Positions 28,212 through 38,960 of a stretch of DNA of 64,000 nt are shown piece after piece. A program made the translations under genes and the position numbers. Source of the DNA: Candidatus Eiseniibacteriota bacterium (lineage in GTDB: Bacteria > Eisenbacteria > RBG-16-71-46). Within the stretch, counting starts at the first letter, position 1. Every line of letters starts with the position of its first letter. A model generated the notes under the pieces. That model was not told where the DNA came from and ran no database searches. It was given only the letters and a program-made list of their open reading frames with translations. The stretch spans positions 11,132 to 75,131 of the forward strand of contig JACOSV010000016.1 of NCBI GenBank assembly GCA_016178725.1, given 5' to 3'.

Positions 28212-29254
28212 CCGGCCTCGACGCCGATCGCGCCTACTGCCGCGTCGCGCTGCAGCGCGTCTCGCGCACGTTCGCGCTCAACACGCGGCTCCTGCGCGGC
28301 ACGATGGGCGAAGCGGTGCGCGTCGGCTACCTGCTCTGCCGCACCGCCGACGCGCTCGAGGACTCCTGGGCCGACACGCCCGACGCGATGCGCGCCCGCT
28401 TCGGCCGCCTGCTCGCCGCACTCGCAGGCGACGCCGCGGCGCGCGATGGCCTCGCCGCCGAGGCGCGCGCGCGCGCTTCGGCCGGCGCCGATCTCGCGCT
28501 GGTCGCCGAGCTGCCGCGCGTGCTGCGCGTGGCGGCGGCACTGCCGGCCGCGCATCGCGCGGCGCTCGAGCGCGGCGTCACGACGCTCGCGCGCGGCATG
28601 TGCCGCTACGCGACACGCGCGGCGGAGCGCGGGACCGCGGTCGCGTACGTGGACGACGAAGCCGAGCTCGACGACTACTGCTGGATCGTCGCGGGATGCG
28701 TGGGCGTGATGCTCACCGAGCTGTTCGCGGCCGAATACGGCGCGGGCGCCGGCGGCCTGCAGGCGCAGCGGCTGGTACTCGCGCCGGCGGTCGGGCAGGC
28801 GCTCCAGCTCACCAACATCCTCCTCGACTGGCCGAACGACGTGCGCCGCGGCCGCTGCTACGTGCCGGCGACGTGGCTGCGCGAGGCGGGCCTCGCCCCC
28901 GCCGATCTCGTCCGCGCCGGAACACCCGCGGTGCGCGACGTCGCGCGCCGGCTCGAGACCAAGGCGCGCGGGGCACTCGCCCGCGTGCCCGACTACGTGG
29001 ATCTCATCCCGGTCAGGCGCGTGCGCTATCGGCTGTTCTGCGTGTGGCCGGCGCTGTGGGCGCTCGGCTCACTGCGCCACGCGCGGCGCGATCCCGAGTT
29101 CCCGTGGGGGCCGCGCCGCCCGAAGCTGCCGCGCGCCGAGATCTGGCGGTCGGCGATCGGCTCGACGCTCGCCGTGCGCAGCTCGGCGGCGATGCGCCGC
29201 CTCTACACGATCGTCGGGGGCGGCAGCTGGATGCCTAACCCATCTTCTCGGTGA
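28208..29254 (+). CDS. squalene/phytoene synthase family protein (class 1 isoprenoid head-to-head synthase fold)
   Basis: The TTG at 28208 overlaps the rSAM stop (TTGA) and is in frame with track ORF 26876..29254. Contains VSRTFALNTRLL, YLLCRTADALED, DDYCWIVAGCVG and QLTNILLDWPNDVRRGRCYVP, matching the SQS/PSY Asp-rich motifs. Confidence 0.75.
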   Translation: MTGLDADRAYCRVALQRVSRTFALNTRLLRGTMGEAVRVGYLLCRTADALEDSWADTPDAMRARFGRLLAALAGDAAARDGLAAEARARASAGADLALVAELPRVLRVAAALPAAHRAALERGVTTLARGMCRYATRAAERGTAVAYVDDEAELDDYCWIVAGCVGVMLTELFAAEYGAGAGGLQAQRLVLAPAVGQALQLTNILLDWPNDVRRGRCYVPATWLREAGLAPADLVRAGTPAVRDVARRLETKARGALARVPDYVDLIPVRRVRYRLFCVWPALWALGSLRHARRDPEFPWGPRRPKLPRAEIWRSAIGSTLAVRSSAAMRRLYTIVGGGSWMPNPSSR

Positions 29255-30518
29255 ACGCGGGCACGGCCGCGCGCTCCGCCGCCTCGCGCGCGGCGATCAC
29301 ACGCAGGCGGAACACCAGCCACACCGCGCCGCCGAGCAGCACGAGCGCCGAGAAGCTGGTCGCCCACGGCGCGCCCCAGCGCTGGGCGATCCCGCCGGCG
29401 ATGAGCGCGCCGAGCGGCGCCGGGCCGATGAACATCAGCGTGTACAGGCTCATGATCCGCCCGCGATAGCGATCCTCGGTGCTCAACTGCAGCATGGTGT
29501 TCGTGCTCGCCACGTAGAGGATCAGGCCGAACCCGGCGGCGAAGCCCATCGCCAGCGTCAGCGGCAGCGAACGCGACCATGCGAACACCGCCAGGCCGAT
29601 CCCCGAGCACGCTAGGCCGACCAGGAGATTGACGCGCAGCGCCCAGCGGTTCTGCGGCCGCGTCAGCATCGCCGCAGCGAGCAGCGAGCCGAGGCCGAAC
29701 GCCGACACCATCAGGCCGTAGGCGCGCGCGTCGGCGCGCAGGATGTCGCGGGCGTAGACCGGCAGCAGCAGCATGTACTGGAACCCGAGCCCGGCGGTGA
29801 CGCCGAGCAGCAGCAGCAGATTGCGCAGCGGCCGCGTGGTCATCGCGTACACCACGCCCTCGCGCAGCGTCGAGAACGTGTCCTTCGTGCCGCCGTCGGC
29901 GACGCGCGGCGGCAGATTCATGCGCAGCAGCATGACGATCACCGCGAGATAGCTCGCCGCGTTGAGCCAGAAGCACCACGCCTCGCCGGTGACGCCGCCG
30001 CCCGCCGCGCCGAGCACGATGCCGGCGACCGCGGGGCCGAGCACGCGCGCGGCGTTGAACGCGCCGGAGTTGAGCGCGATCGCGTTCGGCAGGTCCTCGC
30101 GCCCCACCATCTCGACCAGGAACGACTGCCGTCCCGGCAGGTCGAACGCGTTGATGATCCCGAACGTGAACGCGAGCGCCAGCACCATCCACGGGCGCAC
30201 CACGCCGAGCGACACGGTCGCCGCCAGCACGACCGCCTGCACCATCGCCAGCGTCGGCGTGACGAGGATCATGCGCCGCTTGTCCACGCGGTCGGCGATC
30301 ACGCCCGCCCACAGCGTGAGGAACGTGACCGGGATGAACTGGGCGAAGCCGAGCAGGCCGAGCATGAACGCCGAGTTGGTGAGCCGGTGCATGAGCCAGC
30401 CCTGCGCCACGCTCTGCATCCAGGTGCCGACCAGCGAGATGAGCTGGCCGATCCAGAAGAGCCGGAAGTTGCGGTGGGTGAGGGCGCGGAGCGCGGTGCG
30501 CAGGCCGTCGCCGTTCAA
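29235..30518 (-). CDS. MFS transporter (EntS/MFS_3-like)
   Basis: Track ORF 29235..30800. The hydrophobic core starts at FRLFWIGQLISLVGTWMQSVAQGWL. The likely start is TTG at 30518 (LNGDGLRTALRAL...) and is uncertain. The 3' end overlaps the convergent SQS-like gene by 20 nt. Confidence 0.8.
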   Translation of the reverse strand: MNGDGLRTALRALTHRNFRLFWIGQLISLVGTWMQSVAQGWLMHRLTNSAFMLGLLGFAQFIPVTFLTLWAGVIADRVDKRRMILVTPTLAMVQAVVLAATVSLGVVRPWMVLALAFTFGIINAFDLPGRQSFLVEMVGREDLPNAIALNSGAFNAARVLGPAVAGIVLGAAGGGVTGEAWCFWLNAASYLAVIVMLLRMNLPPRVADGGTKDTFSTLREGVVYAMTTRPLRNLLLLLGVTAGLGFQYMLLLPVYARDILRADARAYGLMVSAFGLGSLLAAAMLTRPQNRWALRVNLLVGLACSGIGLAVFAWSRSLPLTLAMGFAAGFGLILYVASTNTMLQLSTEDRYRGRIMSLYTLMFIGPAPLGALIAGGIAQRWGAPWATSFSALVLLGGAVWLVFRLRVIAAREAAERAAVPAFTEKMG

Positions 30519-30546
30519 CCGAGCGCCCCCGAGTCCCGTCGCGTCG

Positions 30547-31467
30547 TCACCGCGCAGCGCATCCCGGCACGGTGCCACCCACGCCCGGCGCGTGCAAGGC
30601 GCCGAGCCACGACGTGACGGTCTCGGCGAGCCAGCCGGGCGCCGAGAGCGGATGGAGGTGCGCGACGCCGGGCGAGACGCGCAGCGTCGCGCCTGAGATC
30701 CGCGCCGCGAGATCGCCGGATGCGCTGCGCGCCCACGCCGTCTCGCGCTCACCGACGACGACGAGCGTCGGCGCGGCGATGCGCGGCAGATCGGCGCCAA
30801 GGTCGTGCGTGAACGCGAGCGCGACCGCCCGACGCGCGACCGCGATCGGCGTCCTACGGATCGCGTGGCGCATGAACGCCAAGATGCGCTCGTCGCACGC
30901 GGCGTCGTAGACCCAGGCGCCGCGCGCGGCGTCGCGGCGCGCGACCCGCGCCGCGATCGGTTCGGGTAGCCAGCGCTGGCCGATGAGCACGCGCGCCTGC
31001 TCGACGTAGCGCTTGCGCCAGTGGCCGCGCGTGCCGGCGACGCGGGCGAACGCGCTGCTCAACACCAGCGCCGCGACGCGGTCGGGACGCGCGAGCGCCC
31101 GGCGCTGCGCGAGCGCCCCGCCCAGCGAATGGCCGAGCACGATCGCGGGCCCGGGCGCGAACGCATCGGCGACGCGCTCGAGATCGGCGAGCAGCGTGTT
31201 CCACGACGGCCGTCCGGCGAACCGCGTGCGCAGATCGAACGTGATCACACGGAACGTGCGCGCGAGCCGCGGCGCGAGCGCCAGCCACGCCTCCTTGTAT
31301 CCCGGCAGCGGCGGGACGAGCAGCAGCGGGCGCCCCTCGCCCATCGTCACGATCTCGGTCGTGCCGTCGCCGAGATCGAATCGCTCCGGCCGCCACGCCC
31401 CGAGCCACGCGGGGTCCGCGCGCGCCTGCCAGCCGTCGGCGAGCCGCACCGCGACGTGGCGCGTCAT
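30547..31467 (-). CDS. alpha/beta hydrolase fold protein
   Basis: Track ORF with nucleophile elbow GHSLGG and typical length. Confidence 0.85.
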   Translation of the reverse strand: MTRHVAVRLADGWQARADPAWLGAWRPERFDLGDGTTEIVTMGEGRPLLLVPPLPGYKEAWLALAPRLARTFRVITFDLRTRFAGRPSWNTLLADLERVADAFAPGPAIVLGHSLGGALAQRRALARPDRVAALVLSSAFARVAGTRGHWRKRYVEQARVLIGQRWLPEPIAARVARRDAARGAWVYDAACDERILAFMRHAIRRTPIAVARRAVALAFTHDLGADLPRIAAPTLVVVGERETAWARSASGDLAARISGATLRVSPGVAHLHPLSAPGWLAETVTSWLGALHAPGVGGTVPGCAAR

Positions 31468-31505
31468 GGAACCGCGCGGCGGCGCCTGATACCGTCGGCG
31501 CGACG

Positions 31506-32831
31506 ATGGCTCTGGAACGGCGCTTCCCCGACGGATTCCTCTGGGGCACGGCCGCGTCGGCCCACCAAGTCGAGGGCGGCAACCGCTGGAACGACTGGTG
31601 GCGGTTCGAGCAGCAGCCGGGCGCGATCGCCGACGGCACGGTGAGCGGCGACGCGTGCCGGCACTGGGAGCGCTACGACGACGACTTCGCGCTCGCCGCC
31701 GGCGACGGCCACACCGCGCACCGCTTCTCGCTCGAGTGGAGCCGGATCGAGCCCGAGCCGGGCCGGATCGACGCGGCCGCCGTCGCCCACTACCACGCCG
31801 TGCTCGCCTCGCTCCTGCGGCGGCGGCTCACGCCGATCGTCACGCTTCATCACTTCACGCTGCCCCTGTGGCTCGCCGACCGCGGCGGCTGGGAGAGCCG
31901 CGACACGATCGATCGCTTCGCCGAGTTCGTCCGCTTCGCGGCGCGCGAGTTCGGCGGCGAGGTGGACTGGTGGTGCACGATCAACGAGCCCGAAGTCTAC
32001 GCGTTCCGCGCCTACTCCGAGGGCATCTGGCCGCCGGGCCGCCGCGACGACGGCGCGGCGCTCGCGGTGATGGCGAATCTGCTCGAGGCGCACGGCCGCG
32101 CCTACCGGATCCTCCACGAGACCGACACGCGCGACGCCGACGCGGACGGCCGCGCCGCGATCGTCGGCTTCGCCAAGCACTGGGTGCCGCTCGAGCCGCT
32201 GCGCACGTGGTCGCCGCTCGACCGGCTGCGCGCCGCGATCGAGCATCGCGTCTTCAACCACGCCGTCGCGGCCGCCGCGGTCACCGGGACGATCGATCTT
32301 TCGATCCCCGGCGCGCGCGCCGTGCGTCGTCACGTCCCGGAGCTCGAGAAGAGCCTCGACTACTTCGGCCTCAACCACTACACGCGCTGGAAGGTGGACG
32401 CGATCGGCCGCGTGCCGCACGTCGCGCCGCGCGGCGCGCGGCTCACCGATCTCGGCTGGGAAGTGCATCCGACCGGCTTCGAGCAGGCGCTGGTCGAGGC
32501 CGGCGCCTTCGGCGCGCCGGTGCTCGTGACCGAGAACGGCTTCGCCGACGCGAGCGACGCGTTCCGTCCCGCCGCGCTGGTCGCATACGCCGCCGCGATC
32601 ACGCGCGCGATCGATCGCGGCGTGCGCGTGCTCGGCTATCTCCACTGGTCCCTGATGGACAACTTCGAATGGGCCGACGGATTCCGCCCGCGATTCGGCC
32701 TCTACGCCGTGGATTTCGGGAGCGCGGACCGCCCGCGGACGCCGCGGCCGAGCGCCGCGCTGTTCGCGCGGATCGCACGCGCCAACGCGCTCACGCCGGA
32801 GATCGCCGCCGCGGCCGGCGAGGCGCTTTGA
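31506..32831 (+). CDS. GH1 family beta-glucosidase
   Basis: Track ORF. Contains FLWGTAASAHQVEG, TLHHFTLPLW, TINEP (acid/base) and VTENG (nucleophile). Confidence 0.92.
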   Translation: MALERRFPDGFLWGTAASAHQVEGGNRWNDWWRFEQQPGAIADGTVSGDACRHWERYDDDFALAAGDGHTAHRFSLEWSRIEPEPGRIDAAAVAHYHAVLASLLRRRLTPIVTLHHFTLPLWLADRGGWESRDTIDRFAEFVRFAAREFGGEVDWWCTINEPEVYAFRAYSEGIWPPGRRDDGAALAVMANLLEAHGRAYRILHETDTRDADADGRAAIVGFAKHWVPLEPLRTWSPLDRLRAAIEHRVFNHAVAAAAVTGTIDLSIPGARAVRRHVPELEKSLDYFGLNHYTRWKVDAIGRVPHVAPRGARLTDLGWEVHPTGFEQALVEAGAFGAPVLVTENGFADASDAFRPAALVAYAAAITRAIDRGVRVLGYLHWSLMDNFEWADGFRPRFGLYAVDFGSADRPRTPRPSAALFARIARANALTPEIAAAAGEAL

Positions 32832-32863
32832 GCGGCGGCACGCTGCTGGGATAGGCTGCCCCC

Positions 32864-33046
32864 ATGTGCCCACTCTGCAAACCTCACGATGGCAAGCCGT
32901 GCACGCTGATCGAGCAGGCCGACGGCCGGATCGTCTGCTCGTGCGGGCTCCACTCCTGGCCGAACGCGGGCGCGCTCGAAGAGACCTGCCGCCGCTTGAG
33001 CCTGACCATCACCGGGCAGGTTCACGACTGGACGCAGAGTCTCTAG
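32864..33046 (+). CDS. small Cys-rich (zinc-ribbon-like) hypothetical protein, 60 aa
   Basis: Track ORF. Reads MCPLCKPHDGKPC...VCSCGLHSW...ETC, with high GC3. It ends 13 nt before hsp20, which has its own GGAG. No family recognised. Confidence 0.45.
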   Translation: MCPLCKPHDGKPCTLIEQADGRIVCSCGLHSWPNAGALEETCRRLSLTITGQVHDWTQSL

Positions 33047-33059
33047 CTGCGGAGCCCGC

Positions 33060-33503
33060 ATGTCCCGCCCGCCGTCCGACCCGATCGATCAGTTCCAGCG
33101 TGAGGCCGAGCGGCTCTTCCACGACCTCGTCTACCATCGCCATCCCTCGGCGCACTTCGCCGAGCAGCCGTGGCTGCCGCCCGCCGACCTCGTCGTCACC
33201 GACGACTCCGCGCGCGTCATCTTCGAACTCGCCGGCGTGCCGCGCGAGAGCATCCACGTGCGCGTCAGCGGCCGCGTGCTCGAGGTGAGCGGCCGGCGCG
33301 TGCCGCCGCAGGAACCGGCCGGCGCGCGCTATCACCGCGCCGAGATCTACTTCGGCGACTATCGTCGCGTGGTCGAGCTGCCGTGGGAGGCGGACGAGAA
33401 GTCCGTCGGCGCGCGCTACCGCGACGGCTTCCTCGAGGTGCGCCTCCAGCTGCGCCGCCCGCAGGCCTCGACGCGCGTGCCGATCGAAGGCGACGCGCCG
33501 TGA
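33060..33503 (+). CDS. Hsp20/alpha-crystallin family small heat-shock protein
   Basis: Track ORF. The alpha-crystallin domain reads PPADLVVTDDSARVIFELAGV...VSGRVLEVSGRR...GDYRRVVELP...YRDGFLEVRL. Confidence 0.85.
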   Translation: MSRPPSDPIDQFQREAERLFHDLVYHRHPSAHFAEQPWLPPADLVVTDDSARVIFELAGVPRESIHVRVSGRVLEVSGRRVPPQEPAGARYHRAEIYFGDYRRVVELPWEADEKSVGARYRDGFLEVRLQLRRPQASTRVPIEGDAP

Positions 33504-33534
33504 CCCGCGTCGCGGTCAGCGCCGGAGCGCGCCG

Positions 33535-36015
<2,481 letters not shown>

Positions 36016-36019
36016 CGCT

Positions 36020-38020
36020 CTAGGACGGACCGAAGCGGTAGATCCGGATCTCGCGGTTCGCGAACACCTCGGCCCAGTCGGGCCGGCTGCGGAACCCATC
36101 CCACACGCTCGGCGGATTCTCACTCCGGCGCAGCAGCAGGTAGAGCGCCGCGCCGAAGTGCCGCAGGTAGAGGCGCTGCGCCGTGTCGAGCTCGCCCGTG
36201 CCGAAAAGCGCGCGCTGGATGCCGCGGCGCACCTCGAACTCCTCCATCAGCGCGCGGATCTCGGGACGCGGCGCGCCCTCGGCGCCGAAGTGGTTCGCGA
36301 GGTAGACGTCGAGCCGGCCGCAGAACAATCGCCGCTCGCCGAGGATCGTCACCGGCTGATTGACCCACGGGAGCGGCGCCTCGATCACCGCCGCGCCGAT
36401 GTCGGTGCGCTCGCGCAGAAAGCGATACGCCTCGGCCTCGTCGGCGGTCTCGAGCGGCCGGTTGCGCGCGCCCGCGCCCTCGTGCTCCATGAGCATCCCG
36501 GGGGAGCGCCGATCCATCGCCGCGCCGAGCGCGTAGAGTCCCGAGGTCGGCACGAGCAGCATCGCCATGATCGTGATCCGCGCGATGCCCGGCAGCCGCA
36601 GCCGCTCGCACCAGACGACGAAGCCGCCCGCGACCAGCGGCGTGAGCGACACCCACGCGAGATAGAACAGCTTCTCGCTGTTGAGCTCGGGCAGCACGAC
36701 GACCACCGACATCGCGACCGCGATCGCGGCGGTCAGGATCGCGAGGCGCGCGGCGGGGCGCGAGCGCCCGAACGCGAACGCGGGCCACGCGACGATCCAC
36801 CACGGCGCGATCGCGAGCAGCAGCGAGCGCGCGTTGGGCGCGTAGAACCCGAGCCGCGCGGGCGTGGTCGCGCCGGGCACGCTGCACGCGCGGATGTAGG
36901 GCAGCGCCGCGACCAGCGCCACGGCGAGCGCGGCGATGCCGGCGACCGCCGCGCCGCGCCCCTCGCCCCGGAGCGCGACCACGACGAGCGCCGCGCCGAG
37001 TGCCGCCGTCGCGAGCGCGCCGTACGCGGGATGGAACGCGAGCGTCGCGAGCGCGAGCAGGAACGAGCGCAGCCACGCGCCGCGCGCCGGCCGCTCGACA
37101 CCGCGCACGAGGCTCCACGCGGTCGCGGCCGCGAGCGCGATCGCCGGCGTGAGCGCGGTGCCGGTCCAGAACCGATTGAGCATCGAGACGTGGTTGTGCG
37201 GAAAAAACCACGACAGCGCGAGCTCGGCGCCGGTGATGGTGTTGAGCGAGGCGACGGTCTGCGCGAGACCGCGCGTCTCCCCCACCATGCTGCGCGCGAG
37301 GGCGTAGAGCCAGCCACAGGGATTGACGCCGAGGATCGCGATCGCGCCCGCCCACAGCGCGGCCGCGCGGCCGAACGCGCGGTAGGCGGTCTGCGCCGCG
37401 GCGAGCGCCAGCACGACCGCCGCCCACGCGTTCATCAGCGCCTGACCGTGGAACGGTGAGACGCCGGTCACCGTGCCGAGCAGCGCGAGCGTGAAGTGGT
37501 AGTACCAGAAGTAGTAGAACGGGATGCCCGAGAAGAGCGGATCCTGCGGCGGCACGCCGCGCAGCCCGATCTCGATGATCGCCGAGCTGTGGAACCACGC
37601 GTCGCTCCACATGCGCACGTAGGGCACGGCGAACGGGATCGCGACGATCCCGAGCGCGAGCGCGACCGCGGTACCGACCGCGGCCAGCGCCGGGAATCCC
37701 TCGCCGCGCGCCGGCACGGGCTCGGTGATCTCGGGCGGCGGCGCCGCGCCCGGACCCATCATCGCGGCGGGCCGGCGCGGCCACCGCGCGGCGACCGCCC
37801 AGATGAACTCCGACTGCCAGAAGCATTGCGCGATCGCCACCCGCGGCACGACCAGCGCGAACACGAGCCCGGGCAGCGCGAGCGCGAACGGCGCGAGCGC
37901 GAGGCCGAGCAGGGCGCGCTCGGTGAGCCGCAGCCGGCGCCCGAGATGACGGAACACCGCGATCGCGGGCGGCAGCAGCGCGAGCGCGAACGCACCCAGG
38001 GCCCAGAGAGTTCGGATCAT
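36020..38020 (-). CDS. large polytopic membrane protein, GT-C-like glycosyltransferase candidate with C-terminal soluble domain
   Basis: Track ORF, 666 aa, with at least 12 predicted hydrophobic helices and a roughly 170-aa C-terminal non-membrane domain. I see no diagnostic motif; the call rests on architecture and operon context. Confidence 0.55.
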   Translation of the reverse strand: MIRTLWALGAFALALLPPAIAVFRHLGRRLRLTERALLGLALAPFALALPGLVFALVVPRVAIAQCFWQSEFIWAVAARWPRRPAAMMGPGAAPPPEITEPVPARGEGFPALAAVGTAVALALGIVAIPFAVPYVRMWSDAWFHSSAIIEIGLRGVPPQDPLFSGIPFYYFWYYHFTLALLGTVTGVSPFHGQALMNAWAAVVLALAAAQTAYRAFGRAAALWAGAIAILGVNPCGWLYALARSMVGETRGLAQTVASLNTITGAELALSWFFPHNHVSMLNRFWTGTALTPAIALAAATAWSLVRGVERPARGAWLRSFLLALATLAFHPAYGALATAALGAALVVVALRGEGRGAAVAGIAALAVALVAALPYIRACSVPGATTPARLGFYAPNARSLLLAIAPWWIVAWPAFAFGRSRPAARLAILTAAIAVAMSVVVVLPELNSEKLFYLAWVSLTPLVAGGFVVWCERLRLPGIARITIMAMLLVPTSGLYALGAAMDRRSPGMLMEHEGAGARNRPLETADEAEAYRFLRERTDIGAAVIEAPLPWVNQPVTILGERRLFCGRLDVYLANHFGAEGAPRPEIRALMEEFEVRRGIQRALFGTGELDTAQRLYLRHFGAALYLLLRRSENPPSVWDGFRSRPDWAEVFANREIRIYRFGPS

Positions 38021-38081
38021 CCACCTCCCGGCGGGCCGCGCCGCGCACGGTCCGCCAGTGTCCTCGCGACGCGCGACGCGG

Positions 38082-38960
38082 TCAGGCGGAGAGCGCGCGC
38101 AGCTCCGCGGTCAGATCGTCCAGATCCACGAGATCGGCCACCACGCCGCGCGCGCCATGCGCCATCGCCCAGCGCGCGCCCTCGACCAGCGGCACGACGC
38201 CGGCGGCGCGCACTTCCTTCGCGATCACGGGCACGTCGCTATGCTCGAGCTCGGCGAGCAGCTCGGCCGCGGTCGGCTTCATGAGCAGGCCGCGCGAGTT
38301 GACCGGACCGACGACGAGGTCGGGCCGGATGCCCCACGCGCGGAGCCGCGGCAGCAGATGGCCGAGGTTGTGCGTCTCGAACCCCGCCGCGGCGCGGAAG
38401 CGCCCGCGCACGAAGCGGCAGTAGTGCTCGAAGAACGCGCCGTGCCCGCCCGCGAGCGCGAGATCGGTGAGCGGCGCCGCGAGCACGACCGCGCGCAGGT
38501 CCTTCGCGCCGAGTGCCGCCGCCTCGAGCTCGAGCATCAGCGGCACGAGCCCCGAGAAATCGCTGCGTAGCACGGCGAGCGCGTGCGTCATGCCGGTGAT
38601 GCCGAGCCGCGCGAGCGTCGCCGGGCTCGCGCGCTTGACGCGTTTGAGCGCGGCGCCGACGAGTCCGAGATCGGACGAGTCGCGCACGTATTCGGGCACG
38701 TTCGGGAGCAGCGCGTAGATCGGCACCGGCTGCTTGAGCTCGGCGAGCGCCGCGCGCAGCGGCTGCGACGGGCTCGCGAGCACGCCGTCGGCGCCGGCGG
38801 CCAGCGCCTTCGACAGCGTCACCGCGAGCGTCTCGGCGTCGTGGTAGCGCGCCGCGATCTCGAGCATGCGGTCGCGCGGCGCGCGCGAGACGCCGAGCAG
38901 CGATTCGCCGCCGAGCAGGAGTCGCGGCACGCGGGCGCCGTTCGCGCGCAGGTCGCTCAT
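38082..38960 (-). CDS. hypothetical protein (292 aa), no recognisable motif
   Basis: Track ORF. The start overlaps the upstream gene's stop by 4 nt. The composition is coding-like (high GC3). Confidence 0.55.
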   Translation of the reverse strand: MSDLRANGARVPRLLLGGESLLGVSRAPRDRMLEIAARYHDAETLAVTLSKALAAGADGVLASPSQPLRAALAELKQPVPIYALLPNVPEYVRDSSDLGLVGAALKRVKRASPATLARLGITGMTHALAVLRSDFSGLVPLMLELEAAALGAKDLRAVVLAAPLTDLALAGGHGAFFEHYCRFVRGRFRAAAGFETHNLGHLLPRLRAWGIRPDLVVGPVNSRGLLMKPTAAELLAELEHSDVPVIAKEVRAAGVVPLVEGARWAMAHGARGVVADLVDLDDLTAELRALSA

